From Octopus sinensis (Eukaryota): DNA of 64,000 nt. The notes beneath the pieces are model-generated. The model was not told where the DNA came from and searched no databases. It saw only the letters and a program-made list of their open reading frames with translations. Shown here one piece after another: positions 48,365-61,724 of the stretch. Every line of letters begins with the position of its first letter. The first letter of the stretch is position 1. The stretch covers positions 15,934,001-15,998,000 of the forward strand of contig NC_043020.1 of assembly GCF_006345805.1 (NCBI RefSeq), written 5' to 3'. A program made the position numbers and the translations under genes.

Positions 48365-49430
48365 AGTAAGGTATATGGTAAGTTTTGACACCTGCTCATT
48401 TTGCACCATTATTACATTTTGACAATCTTTATTTTTTGTTAGAAAGCTGACACACCTATTTCTTTATTCTAACTCATTTTGCACTTTATAAATTGTCTTT
48501 TGCTATTTTTGCTTAGAGATGAATAAATTGGAAATTCGTAGTTTTGAAATATGAGTTCTTTCTTGGAAACACAACATCACAGACAGCTTAGAATATTAAT
48601 GGAGTATTTCATTCTAATGTTATTACACAGCAGACAGTATCAAATTGGTTTGCAAAATTTTGTTCTGGTAACTTTGACCTCAAAATGAGCAATGCTTTCG
48701 ACCAGAAACAAAGGTGGATAATGATTAAATGAAAGCCACCATCAAGTGAGATCCCTCTCAAAGTGCCCATGAATTATCATTGTTGTTTGGTGATTGTAAG
48801 CAAACAATATTGCCTCACCTCAGTTCAGATCAGTAAAGTGAAAAGTTGGATAAGTTGGTTCCACATGAACTCAATGTAAATCAGAAACAGCAATGTTTGG
48901 AAGCCAGCATTATATTACTTTCTCATCACAAAAATTAATCATTTTTTAATCAAATTGTAACGTGATGAGGAATGGATCCAATACAATAACTGTAAATGTT
49001 CAGCACAATGGTTGGACAAAGATGAGCCACCAAAACACAGTCCAAAAAGCCAAATTCATCAAAAGAAGCTGAAGGTGTGTGTTTGGTGGTCTGGTGCAAT
49101 GTGCTCCATTATGATTTTATTAAACCTGGCTCATCAATCATGGCCAAAGTATACTGCAGCCAAATGGACCAAATGATGCAGAAACTTATAAAAAAAACTA
49201 CCTAGATTAATCAACAGACTCACTCCTATTTTATTGCAAGACAACGCCAGACCACACATTGCAAAAATGACATTGGTGAAACTACAGGAGTTGTAGTTGG
49301 AAGTTCTCTATCATCCACCATACTCACCTGATCTTGCTCCCACTGACTACCACTTCTTCCAGAATTTGGATTAACTTTTTGACAGGAAAAGAATTTAATA
49401 TCGATGATGCTGTAAAACAGGCCTTCCACA
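48365..49430 (+). pseudogene. Mariner (DD34D) transposase pseudogene
   Basis: From ATG ~48519: HTH region, LVPHEL, (T)xDE.WI, KxVCVWW, LLQDNARPH, HPPYSPDLAPTDYHFF; multiple stops and frameshifts. Confidence 0.9.
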
Positions 49431-49559
49431 CTTGAATGGTGGCAACGACCACGGTTGGATGGTGCTCTTAGCGCTCCACTAGCACGGATGCCAACACACA
49501 TATACGTATATACACACACTTACATATAGATGCACATATACACACACAGACATACAAAC

Positions 49560-49600
<41 letters not shown>

Positions 49601-49791
49601 TATATATATTATATTATATTATATTATATTATATTATATTATATACACACACACATACTTACATTTTTTTTTTCTCTAGTTTCAGCTCAGAGCTGCGGCC
49701 ATGCTGATGCACCATATAAATATATATTCTATGTAACTCAAATTGTCAGTCAGCGTCTGTGTAAGACTGAAGGCGGAATCTGTTGAAATCT

Positions 49792-49914
49792 CTAAGTCTG
49801 TGTTCCAAAGATTGTAAAGTTCTTGCTACAATCATTGAAATAGCTCCAAGCTAGTGCTGCCAGTTGGCTTCTTTGTTCCATAGCATAGCAGGCAGACATA
49901 TAATCTATGGTGAA
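49792..49914 (-). CDS. Candidate exon (FTIDYMSACYAMEQRSQLAALAWSYFNDCSKNFTIFGTQT*)
   Basis: Strong acceptor tttttctcctag|TTC, 40 open codons; LAWSYFND loosely resembles the AWxYxND helix of transcriptional cyclins. No convincing donor. Confidence 0.25.
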   Translation of the reverse strand, partial: FTIDYMSACYAMEQRSQLAALAWSYFNDCSKNFTIFGTQT

Positions 49915-50209
49915 CTAGGAGAAAAATTCTTTGTCTGGTATGGCTTCTCGAGAAAAATGATATCAACAGGTTATCAAAAATAAATGGTAGGTCATTTGTT
50001 CTCAAAAACGAAAGCTAAATTAATAATGATAATAATAATTCTTTCTACTATAGGCACAAGGACTGAAATTTTGGTGGGAAGGGACTAGTTGATTACATCA
50101 ACCCCAGTGCATAGCTGGTACTTATTTCAGTGACCCCAAAAAGATGAAAGGCAAAGTTAACCTTGTCGGAATATGAACTTAGAACATAAGGACAAATGAA
50201 ATGTTGCTA

Positions 50210-50374
50210 GGCGCAGGAGTGGCTGTGTGGTAAGTAGCTTGCTAACCAACCACATGGTTCCAGGTTCAGTCCCACTGTGTGGCATCATGGGCAAGTGTCT
50301 TCTGCTATAGCCCCAGGCCGACCAATGCCTTGTGAGTGGATTTGGTAGACGGAAACTGAAAGAAGCCTGTTGTA

Positions 50375-50419
<45 letters not shown>

Positions 50420-50632
50420 TTGCGTGTCTGTGTTTGTCCCCCTAGCATTGCTTGACAACTGATGCTGGTGTGTGTTTACGTCCCTGTCACTTAGCGGTTT
50501 GGCAAAAGAGACCGATAGAATAAGTACTGGGCTTACAAAGAATAAGTCCCGGGGTCGATTTGCTCGACTAAAGGCGGTACTCCAGCATGGCCGCAGTCAA
50601 ATGACTGAAACGAGTAAAAGAGTAAAAAGAGT
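50210..50632 (+). mobile_element. SINE family A, full length
   Basis: ggcgcaggagtggctgtgtgg...gagtaaaagagtaaaaagag; inserted into a family B remnant. Confidence 0.9.
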
Positions 50633-50639
50633 AAGCATT

Positions 50640-51240
50640 TTGCCCAGCTTGCCACATTTGTTTCCAAATTTTGGCACAAGGCCAGCAATTCTAGGGAAAG
50701 GGGTAAGTCAATTACATTGAGCCAGTGTTCAGCTGGTACTTATTTTATTAACCTCCAAAAGAAAGACACAGTCAACCCTGGCAGTGTTTGTACTCAGAAC
50801 AAAAAGACAGACAAAATGCTGCTAAACATTATTTTGCCCAACGTGCTAACAATTCTGCTAGCTCACTGCCTCAAAAATAATAATGATTTCAAATTTTAGC
50901 ACAAGGCCAGCAATTTTGGAAGATGGAGTAAGTTGATTAGATTGATTCCAGTACTCAACTAGTACTTATTTAATCACTCCCAAAAGGATTAAAGGCAGTC
51001 GACCGTGACAGAATTTGGACTCAGAATGTAAAAATGGACAAAATGCTGCTAAGCATATATTCCTTGGCATGCTAATGATTCTGCCAGCTCACTGCCTTAC
51101 TTCTACTAATGATAACAACAACAACAACAATGATAGTGTACAATGCTACAAATATGTGGCAGAAGAATTTGAATATCAGAATGTAAAGCCAAAAGCAATG
51201 CTAAGCATGTCTGGCATACTAACGATTGTCAGCTTGCCGT
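50640..51240 (-). mobile_element. Three degenerate head-to-tail family B copies
   Basis: ggcacaaggccagcaatt...gtactta...actcagaa...atgctgctaa...ctgccagctc repeated. Confidence 0.7.
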
Positions 51241-51277
51241 CTTATTATTATTACTACTCGCCAAAGAGCAAAAAAGA

Positions 51278-51670
51278 TTGATCTTTAGCAAGCTGCAAAA
51301 GGGAAAGCGCTCACAAGGCAGCCAGAAGAAGCGCTTTAAGGACACACTGAAAGCCTCACTGAAAGCCTTCAACACTGACCATGACACTTGGGAGAAGTCT
51401 GCTCTAGACAGAGAAGGGTGGCGATCAGCTGTCCACAAGGGTGCCATCACATGTGAGACCAATAGGATCTCTGCTGCAGAAGACCGCAGACAAGCCAGGA
51501 AGAACAGAGCTAACAACCCTGTAGCAGGCGCTACCATTCCCTGTCCATGCTGTCAAAGACTCTTTCGGGCGCAGACTGGCCTCACTAGCCGTCTGCGGAC
51601 TCACAAAACAAGCCCATCCCCACCCCAGGATGACTAGATAGTCTTCGTCACATCGACAGACAAACTACAT
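51278..51670 (+). mobile_element. RTE (BovB-like) LINE 3' end, 5'-truncated
   Basis: GKRSQGSQKKRFKDTLKASLK...WEKSALDREGWR...CPCCQRLFRAQTGLTSRLRTH (C-terminal zinc-finger-like), then a short UTR. Confidence 0.9.
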
Positions 51671-51687
51671 ACATTATTATTACTTGT

Positions 51688-52830
51688 GAGGTGGTGAGCT
51701 GGCAGAATCATTAGCAAGCCGGGCAAAATGCTAAGTGGCATTTTGTCCACCCTTGTTCCAAGTTCAAATTCCACTGAGGTTGATTTTGCCTTTCATCCTC
51801 TCAGGGTCAATAAAATAAGAACCAGGTACACACTGGGATCAATGGAATTGACTATCTCCTCCCCGAAATTTCAGGCCTTTTGCTTATAGTAGAAAGGATT
51901 ATCATTATTATTATTATTAATAACAATAATAGTTCCAAATTTTGCCACAAGGGCAGCCATTTTGGGGCAGGGGAATAATAATAATGATGATAATGGCTTC
52001 TGATATAAGCACAAAGCTTATATTAAGCAATTTTAAGGAGAGGAGATAAGTTGATACCTCTGTCCCCAGTATTTGACTGGTATCTTATTTTATCAATGCA
52101 GGAGAAATTGAAAGCAAAGTTGGCCATGGCAGAATTTGAAAATAGAATATAAAGAGTTGGAAGAAATAGCACAATCTACTGCCCTCACTAATAATTTCTA
52201 GTTTAGGCACAAGGCCTGGAATTTATTAAGTGGAAGCAAGGGAACTTGTTAAGCTTATTAACGAAATTAGGCCAACATTTAAGAGTTTCTATTGCCTCTA
52301 CAGTAGGTACAAATCAGAGATATCAACACTCCCCAAGCATGAAATTGAGTAGTCAATGTTTTTCTCCCTGAAGTCCCAGATGAACTTAGTCAGTGAAGAG
52401 TAATCTTTTTTTGTATTTAAAAGAGTGAATATGGTTATGTAATCTGAGCATGAATTTTTATTTATCTAGATGGGTGGGTTTTAGTCAGTACTATTAACCA
52501 GCTTCTGAAAAGATGAAAGATAGTGTTAACAATGGCAACATGAGTTGAGCTCAGAATGCAAAAAGTCAGAACAAACATCATGAGACATTTCGTCCACCAT
52601 CTAACAACCTTGCTAGTTCACCACTCTTCACTTTTCTCTAACAGACAAAGTGCCTGAAATTTGTTGGGAGAGCTTAGGCAATTAGATAAATCCAAGAACT
52701 TGACTGGTATTTTATTTTAGTAACTCCAGAAGATGATAAAGTTGACCATCACAACATTTGAACTGTGTGTGTAAAGAGACATAGCTAAATGTAACCAGGC
52801 ATTTATTCTGCCCATCTATTCTTTCTGCCA
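51688..52830. mobile_element. Further degenerate family B copies
   Basis: Recurring gtggtgagctggcag, ggcacaaggcc, actggtattttatt and gaactcagaat motifs. Confidence 0.6.
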
Positions 52831-52882
52831 ATCCTTAACAATAACTGGAATGCTTAAAAGATACACCCAAGGAAATAATTAA

Positions 52883-52939
<57 letters not shown>

Positions 52940-53250
52940 CACTGTGATCACAGTGACCGACCAGGCTATCAGATGTTGCTACACATCGCTGGTCACAATG
53001 TACTTCGCATTGTTTTAGCCTTCAAATGATGCCACCTTGCTGGCTAAGCGAGCAGGCCAACAGAAGACAGAGTGAGAGAAAGTTGTGGTGAAAGAGTACA
53101 GCAGGGATCGCCACCACCCCCTGCCGGATCCTCCTGGAGCATTAGGTGTTTTCGCTCAATAAACACTCACAACTCCCGGTCTGGGAATCGAAACCACGAT
53201 CCTACAACCGTGAGTCTGCTGCCCTAACCACTAGACCATTGCACCTCCAC
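52940..53250 (-). mobile_element. tRNA-derived SINE (family D-related)
   Basis: Reverse complement head tggtctagtggttagggc...gtttcgattcccagacc; body partly shared with 54870-55160. Confidence 0.7.
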
Positions 53251-53283
53251 AAATAAATATATATATAAAAGTGTATCTGTTAC

Positions 53284-53532
53284 CTACATACTTCCTCCCC
53301 AGTATTTTGATACACACAAAATGAATATAAATAAAAAATTTTACTAATAGACAGTAAAGAAATAATAATTGTGAAGCCATAGTGGATAACTATGATAGAT
53401 GAAGTCGAATTAAAGAAATCTTTGCTGATGAAGATAGGGTTAGCTGTGTCATAAATGATTGAATGAATATTTGTCATGTGAAAGACGATTCTGGTGAAGA
53501 CAGGAAAACAGATTATATAGAAAATAGTTTCT
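53284..53532 (-). CDS. Candidate hydrophobic coding exon (ETIFYIICFP...IIVIHYGFTIIISLLSISKIFYLYSFCVYQNTGEEVC)
   Basis: ttttactgtatgcag|A acceptor, 82 open codons, AG|gtaaca donor (alternative GAA|gtatgt); non-repetitive. Confidence 0.3.
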
Positions 53533-54289
53533 CTGCATACAGTAAAACACACCAACATATTTCTTTAATGGCATCAGCAACATTTCTCCAATACTTCTCT
53601 CTCTCTCTTCTTGCTTTCTATCCAATTTCTCCCCGACACTCTCCCTTACTTTTCCCTTCAAAGATCAAATAAACACACATGAAAATTATACATGGATAAA
53701 TTACGAATTAAGCCCATATTCCTGTATATTTTCAATGGATATTAAACTTACGCACATATTGTCAAATATTTTATTCCATAACTTCACAAAGAAAAATATG
53801 GTAATAAATAAAAATTCAAAATCATATCACATAACCCTTTTAAATGCAAAACAAAAGACAACTGCACTTTACTACCTAAATTCATCTGGAACCTCAAGGA
53901 GAAAACCAACTATCCAGTTTCATGGTCAATCATAGGTAGTGCTCCTCCACCTAGAGGAGGTGTTGGTATCAGTGATTTGTGCTTAATAAAGGCATTGGAA
54001 ATTATTAAATGTAGGTCTAATTTAACTAATAAGTTTAATAAACTATTAATCTGTTGCTTTCTCATATTCAATAAAAGCATAAAATTTCCATTAAAAAAAA
54101 ACTGATTACCAAGATGGGCATTAATTTATCATGTACCTCCATTCTGATAACATGCAGAAACCAGATCTTCATTTATTCTAGTTCCTTTCAAACCTCATCT
54201 CTAAATAAATCTTTATTCCTCACTCACTGGTACTTCTGGGATTATAGTATTAAACAGCCATCTCTTTGCAGTCCTCACCATCATGATCA

Positions 54290-54500
54290 CCATCATCATC
54301 ATCATTTAAGAACCATTTTCCATGCTGGCATGGGTTGGACAGTTTAACAGGAGTTGACAGGTTAGAAGACTACACCAAGCTCTACTGTCTGCTTTGGTAT
54401 GATTTCTATGGTTGGATGCCCTTCCTAATGCCAACCAATTTAGAGAGTATACTGGTTGCTCTTTTTTACAAGGCACCCGCACCAGAGAGGTCACCAAGTA
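54290..54500 (-). mobile_element. Diverged family C copy
   Basis: (cat)n ttaagaaccattttccatgctggcatgggttggac...ggatgcccttcc. Confidence 0.75.
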
Positions 54501-55229
54501 ATTTGCAAGACAAGACCCAGAAAATGAGGGATAGGGTTGTATTGAGGAAGGTGGCTTTATGCCACATGATGAGAGGTTAGAGTATGACAGAGGGAAAGAA
54601 ACAAATATCTTGCAATAGTCGATATATTTGGTTACCCAAGTTGGAAAAGGAAAGAAGAAAGAAGATCAAAGAAAGTAATCTGACATATCCCGTATCTACA
54701 GTGTCTATTTACTAAAATATCTCTTGGGTGGAGTGAACCCTTGCTGTTTAATTTATAATTCGGACATTCTCAAAAAATATACCACAGTGACTTTAAGATA
54801 GCTAATGGTAACTTCATTAATTTATTACTGTAGAAGTCACATAATTTTTCTATATGTATTGGAAGATCATGTGATCACATGATTGACCAGACTATTGGTT
54901 GTTGTTATACATCACTGGTCACAAAGCAGTTTGGATTATTTTAGCCTTTGAATGATGCCACCCCACTGGCTAGGCAAGTAGACCAATATTCCACCCCACC
55001 CCCCACCGCCAATCAGAAGGCTAGTTCATCACAGGGTTATCTATTTACAGCTGAGTGGACTGGAGCAATATGAAATAACGCAACATACCACTCGGTTGCG
55101 AAACAGAACCCATGATTGCTAGATCATGAGTGCAACACCCTAACCACTAAGTCTCACACCTTCATGAAAGATAGATTTTCTTAAATTAAAATTATCAAAA
55201 CAATTTTTGTTCTTTTTTAAAAAATTTTT

Positions 55230-55805
55230 TTTTAGGTACTGACCAAATGAGTATGATCACGAACAAAAGTGGCCAAAATAGAATTCCTCCAAATGGTATC
55301 TTGATGGGATGTCTGGCTCAAAGACCAGAGATTCTCTCCAAGTCAAGCCACTACTTCACCATTTTGCGAGATCCAGTACTATGGACATATGATTAGAATG
55401 TCAAAAGAAAAAATATCACAAGACATATTCTTCAAGCCGAGCCAACCAGCAATAAACCTATGGAGTAGACCAAGAACAAGATCATCATCATCATCATCGT
55501 TTAACATCCGTTTTCCATGCTAGCATGGGTTGGACGGTTCAACTGGGGTCTGGGAAGCCAGACTGGCTGCACCAGGCTCCAGTCTGATCTGGCAGTGTTT
55601 CTACAGCTGGATGCCTTTCCTAATGCCAAGATGCCCTTCCTAACACCAAATATGCCCTTCCTAACGCCAAGATGCCCTTCCTAACACCAAAACGATAATT
55701 GCTTAATATCCATAGTGTCAGTTTGTCACACCTGGGAATCCATCCAGAAAGTGAAATGTTTCTGATAGGACCATACAGCCCTTCTAGGAACAGAGGGCAG
55801 TGAAG
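55230..55805 (+). mobile_element. Degenerate RTE LINE remnant interrupted by family C copy (55483-55690)
   Basis: QYYGHMIRM...SRPRTR before and LGIHPE...* after the SINE, resembling the RTE ORF2 C-terminus. Confidence 0.55.
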
Positions 55806-56204
55806 ATGGATGAAAGGATGGGAGAGAGAAGCACATATCACAAATCTTTTACAAAGGACCATTAATAATGTGTAGGTGCTTTTGTTATTCCCAGCATTTC
55901 AGACATAATTGTTCTGGGAGTAATCTGCATGGAGGAAGTTGTCAGTAGTAGTGTTGACGATTTCTAGTTTAGTTTCAGATTCAAAATACCTGCAAAGTAT
56001 TCTCTTGCCTTCCATAATTAACCATTTCCTTCCATTATTTTGAAAAAAAGGAATATTTTGAATTTTCTGTTTGCTTGAATGTCCAGCTTTTCTCTACAAG
56101 CAAAAATTTGTACGAAATGAATCTTTGATTCCTTGCTAACCCAATGTATTTACTTTGATCCTATATGGCTAATATATTTACACAAACACACAAACATATA
56201 TATA

Positions 56205-56598
56205 CTCTTTTACTCGTTTCAGTCATTTGACTGCGGCCATGCTGGAGCACCGCCTTTAATCGAGCAAATAGACCCTAGGACTTATTCTTTTGTAAGCCCA
56301 GTACTTATTCTATCCGTCTCTTTTGCCGAACCGCTAAGTAACGGGGACCTTAAACACACCAGCATCGGTTGACAAGCAATGCTAGGGGCACAAACACAGA
56401 CACACAAACATATACACACACATACATATATATATATACATATATACAATGGGCTTCTTTCAGTTTCCGTCTAACAAATCCATTCACAAGGCTTTGGTCA
56501 GCCCGAGGCTATAGTAGAAGACACACAAAGGGCCACACAGTGGGACTGAACCTGGAGCTATGTGGTTCATAAGCAAGCTACTTACCACACAGCCATTC
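56205..56598 (-). mobile_element. SINE family A
   Basis: Reverse complement of consensus. Confidence 0.85.
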
Positions 56599-56848
56599 CT
56601 ATACCTATAAAATACAATTGAATTTATCGTTTAATGATTAAATTATTTAATTGTTCAATTTATTATTTTGGTTTCCATTTCTAATATATATATACATATT
56701 AAGAAACTATAAGTTTATTTAATTTATCTATTTACTGACTTGTTAAGAGCAATAGTCCATAACATTGTTATTTATATAGATAGAAAAACCACTACATTCT
56801 TCGGATATTTAATATTCCTTAGGGGGTTATTTAACACCTAACTGAATT

Positions 56849-56882
<34 letters not shown>

Positions 56883-56932
56883 TATATACACACACACACA
56901 CATTTATATATATATCATCATCGATGATTATA

Positions 56933-56984
<52 letters not shown>

Positions 56985-56987
<3 letters not shown>

Positions 56988-57590
56988 TCATCATCATTTA
57001 GCATCCGTTTTCCATGCTAGCATGGGTTGGACGGTTCAACAGGGGTCTGTGAAGCCGGAAGGCTGCATCAGGCCCAGTCAGATCTGGCAGTGTTTCTACG
57101 GCTGGATGCCCTTCCTAACGCCAACCACTCCGTGAGTGTAGTGGGTGCTTTTTACGTGCCACCCGCACAGGTGCCAGACGGAGCTGGCAAACGGCCATGA
57201 ACGGATGGTGTTTTTACGTGCCACCGGTACAGGGGCCAGGCAAGGCTGGCAACGGACACGAACGGATGGTGTTTTACGTGCCACCGGCACGGGGTCCAGG
57301 CGAGGCTGGCAACGGACGTGAGCGGATGGTGCTTTTACGTGCCACCAGCACGGGGGCCAGGTGAGCCTGGCAACGGACAAGAATGGATGGTGCTTTTATG
57401 TGCCACCGGCACAGGAGCCAGGCGAGGCTGGCAGTGGACACGATGATCGGATGGTTCACTTAACCACAGCTGCAACTTCCACTGATGTTGATCGGCCTCA
57501 ATTTTGGTTCTGCTTTCTGATTTGATTTGGTTTGATTTTCATTTTGATTCTGACTGTTCTCACTGGTCTTGCCGGGTCTTCTCACGCACA
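56985..57590 (-). mobile_element. Family C copy with five internal ~61-bp tandem repeats
   Basis: ggatggtg(c/t)ttttacgtgccaccggcacggg..ccaggcgaggctggcaacggac repeated at 57145-57450. Confidence 0.9.
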
Positions 57591-57597
57591 GCATACT

Positions 57598-57628
<31 letters not shown>

Positions 57629-57759
57629 ACACACACACACACACATATATATTGTATAAACAGGACCTGAAAGATTACTTTAAGATACATGGTGTATTTT
57701 AGAAATATGCCTGTTCAAGTATCATAATAGCATGAAACTATTAGTAGCTCTTTTGGTTG

Positions 57760-57983
57760 TGTATTTCATTTGATGTATATGTATTATGGATATATACATA
57801 TATACACACTATATATATATATATACATTATACATATATATATATACACACACTATACATATATATATATATATACACACTATATATATATACATATATA
57901 CACACTATATATATATACATATATACACACACACTATGCATATATATACACACACTATACATATATATACACACACACTATAC

Positions 57984-58044
<61 letters not shown>

Positions 58045-58071
58045 TATATGCATGATACATATGTATAGATA

Positions 58072-58137
<66 letters not shown>

Positions 58138-58280
58138 GACACACACACACATATTTACGCACTGTACATATGTATATATATACATATATACACACACATA
58201 TATATATACGCGCTATACATATATGTGTAGATATGTAAACATACATATCTATATACATAGATAAATACACACAGATATAT
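57760..58280. repeat. (TA)/(CA) compound microsatellite
   Basis: Direct reading. Confidence 0.9.
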
Positions 58281-59136
58281 AAATACACAAAATTATATTC
58301 TTGTAGTGATTGAATACCAATATTTCCCAAATATAAATATAAATGAAAACAACAATAAGAAGAACAACAACGATGATGATAATAAATATTGTTTAAATGC
58401 TTTTAAGCATTCAAAGAGATAACAGCAGAATTTGCCTTCTCACAGCGGAGAAGAGAAAACGAAGCCCTGTAAAGACAGCTAAACATTCCAATACAACAAA
58501 ATCGTGTAGCAATAACAAACAAGATTTCTGAAAGAGAAGCCGTAGTGTACAGAAGACCCTGCATCAAAGTTGATAATAAACAGCAATGTATCGTGACAAA
58601 ATGTGTCGCACATACACACACACAGACACACACATGTACAGGATAATTTTTACAAGATACAAACTACAGCCATAGAATCTGGAGATAATCATTTTTAAAG
58701 AAATTCCCAAATAATAGGTCAGTTATGCAGGGGCATTTTTAGTTAGGACTATAATTTATTTGAGTTATTAATATTTTTTATAGAGAAAACATAAAATCAA
58801 GTCACACATTAATAAAAAAAAAACGTGGTTTTATTTTGTTTTTTTTTTCTTTTAATTAATAAATAATGAGGTTATAACAGTCAGGCATGAAGCCCAAACT
58901 TTTGATTCCATTTCCAGAATCATCATCGTCGTTGGCTTTGCATCGACTTTTCTGTGCTTATGGGTCACATATTATTTGGTGTAACACATTTTTCTGTGGT
59001 CAGTTGCTTTTCACCTGTCTATCAATTAAGGTCCCAACCTTCACCTGTCTACCAAGTAAGGTCATATTTTCCCATAGTCCTTTAGACATAACACAACACA
59101 ATGACCAGACATGTTTGCATGCAACGTCGCAAACAG

Positions 59137-59720
59137 GTGTGGCTGTGCAGTAAGAAGCTTGCTTCCCAACCACAGGGTTCTGGGTTCAGTCTCATTGCAT
59201 GACACCTTGGCCAAGTGTCTTCTACTATAGCCTCGGGCCAAACAAAGCCTTGTGGGTGGATTTGGTAGATGAAAACTGAAAGCTCATCCTCTGTGTGTGT
59301 GTATTTTGGCACAGGGCCACCAATTTATGGGGAAGTAGTAGGCTGATTAAACTGATCCCAATGTTCAACTGGTACTTATTTTATCAACCCCGAAAGGGTG
59401 AAAGGCAAAAGTCAGCCTTCACATGATTTGAACTCAGACTGTAAAGACAAATGAAATGCTGCCAAGCATTTTGCCTGGCTTACTAACGATTCTGCCAGCT
59501 TGCCACCTTAAGGTAAACTAGAAATATTGGTTTCAATGTTTAGCACAAGGCCAGCAACTTTGGGGGAAGGAATAAGTTGATTACATTGACCCCACTACTC
59601 AACTGGCATTTATATTATCAAACCTGGAAGGATGAAAGACAATGCTGACTTCAGTAGAATTTGAACTCAGAACATTAAGATGGACGAAATGCTGCTAAGC
59701 TAACTAATCTGCCAGCTTGC
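59137..59720. mobile_element. Family A 5' part (+) followed by two family B copies (-)
   Basis: Consensus matches; ctgccagcttgccaccttaaggtaaa..agaaatattgg is duplicated at ~59492 and ~59710. Confidence 0.75.
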
Positions 59721-60409
59721 CACCTTAAGGTAAATTAGAAATATTGGTCAACTAATTGTTTTGGTAGTGACATCTGGGAATGGTAATAGTTTCTCTTGAA
59801 AAGTGGGACAGGAGATAAAATTCTTTTAACAAGCAACTAATTGTTTTTACCATATTTTACCTTTCTTGTTGCAGTCATTTACCTGCATCAGGTATGTTAG
59901 CTTCCCTGCCAAAAGCCCTTAGGTAACGACCTGACCATAAATTTGGCTTAAATTTTTTTGTGGCACATCATCATTTTAATGTCCACTTTTCCATGCTTCC
60001 ACGGGTTGGACAGAAATTATCGAGGCAGATTTTCTATAGCCAAATGCCCTTCATGATACCAACCCTCATCTGTTTCCAAACAAGGTAATATTTTGCAAGG
60101 CATACTGGAAATGAATGACACCACTTGTATGACAGGGACAATCATTTACATCTGTCATGTAATGTCAAAACAAGAAGACACAATCCCATCCACACACCAC
60201 CCAAAACACATTGGGTTTTTTTCAGTTTCTGTCAACCAAATCAACTCACAAGACTCTATGATCAGCCCAGGGCTAAAGTAGAAGGCATTTACTCAAGATG
60301 CAATACAATGGACTGAACCTAGAACCATGTGGTTGGGAAGCAAACCTCCTAACACACAGCCATGCCTGTTCCTATTTTACACACACACACACCAGAGTAT
60401 ATATATATT

Positions 60410-60680
60410 GGAGACCCCCTTCGGTCACGACACAGACCATGGGATTGCACCTAGAAAGTTACCCTCCTAGACACAAGTCCGGGCGAGGTTGTTTATGGAA
60501 GACCAGCAGTCGCCCATGCATACCAGCCTCCCCTCTCCACGCCACCAGTGTTATCCAAGCTGAGTGAACTGGAGCAACGTGAAATAAAGTGCCTTGCTCA
60601 AGAACACAACAAGCAGCCCGGTCCGGGATTTGAGCTCACAACCTCACGATCGTAAGCTCGACGCTCTAACCACTGAGCCA
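60410..60680 (-). mobile_element. Family D SINE with internal deletion
   Basis: Matches 38535-38865 but lacks the segment between ttatccaag and agctgagtg. Confidence 0.8.
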
Positions 60681-60683
60681 TAT

Positions 60684-60964
60684 ATATATAATTATAACAA
60701 TAAGGGTTTTGCAACAAGTTGCCTGACCACATACCGAAAATTTTAGAAATAGCAGCCAAAGGACTACTATTTCCTTTTTCTACAAAAATATGTTTCCACA
60801 GACAACAATATTTGTAACTCACAAATGAGTTACAAACATTGTTGTCTGTGGAGACATACTTTTGTAGAAAAAGGAAATAGTAGTCCTTTGGCTGCTATTT
60901 CTAAAATTTTCGGTATGTGGTCAAGCAACTTGTTGCAAAACCCTTATTGTTATAATTATATATA
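60684..60964. repeat. Near-perfect palindromic element (~137-bp arms)
   Basis: aattataacaataagggttttgcaacaagttg...gtaactc-acaaat-gagttac...caacttgttgcaaaacccttattgttataatt. Confidence 0.92.
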
Positions 60965-61111
60965 AAAAAACTTTTTGTATAAGTTTTTACCGAATATGTC
61001 CTTTTCCATACCGAAAAACTACTAGGTGAAATTTGTTGACTTTATTAAATTAATTATCTTTCACCCTATATCTGTAATGATATATATATATATATATATA
61101 TAGGTATATAG

Positions 61112-61275
61112 TCGTCACTAATTGTGACTGAGGGTGTTGTATAGCACCTATATTGCTAGAAATAAGAGTTAAAAGCCTTAAAGTTCCATAATTGTTTATG
61201 CATCTTTAAGGGTTTTCACTCTTATTTCTAGCGATATAGGTGCTATTCGTCACCCTCAGTCACAATTAGTGATGA
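61112..61275. repeat. Hairpin element (~70-bp arms)
   Basis: tcgtcactaattgtgactgagggtg..atagcacctatattgctagaaataagagt / actcttatttctagcgatataggtgctat..caccctcagtcacaattagtgatga. Confidence 0.88.
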
Positions 61276-61330
61276 TTAAATCTTTCATTTATGGTTTTAT
61301 ATTGCGTGTAGCTGCTTATATTCATTTTTA

Positions 61331-61405
<75 letters not shown>

Positions 61406-61459
61406 AAATATTGAATTTCTAAATCTCTCGTAGAGACATGTACGGTGGTGGGGCGATAG

Positions 61460-61724
61460 AATGGTTGTATACTGTCAATCTAACAAGAACGTGACAGTAG
61501 GGGGTACACCACCGCTGTATAGCCCTAGGAAGCATCGAACGCTTCCTGATAGCTTTGACACATTTTTTCCCTGTGTCCTTATATACATATATACGTATAT
61601 GTATATAAGGACACAGGGAAAAAATGTGTCAAAGCTATCAGGAAGCGTTCGATGCTTCCTAGGGCTATACAGCGGTGGTGTACCCCCTACTGTCACGTTC
61701 TTGTTAGATTGACAGTATACAACC

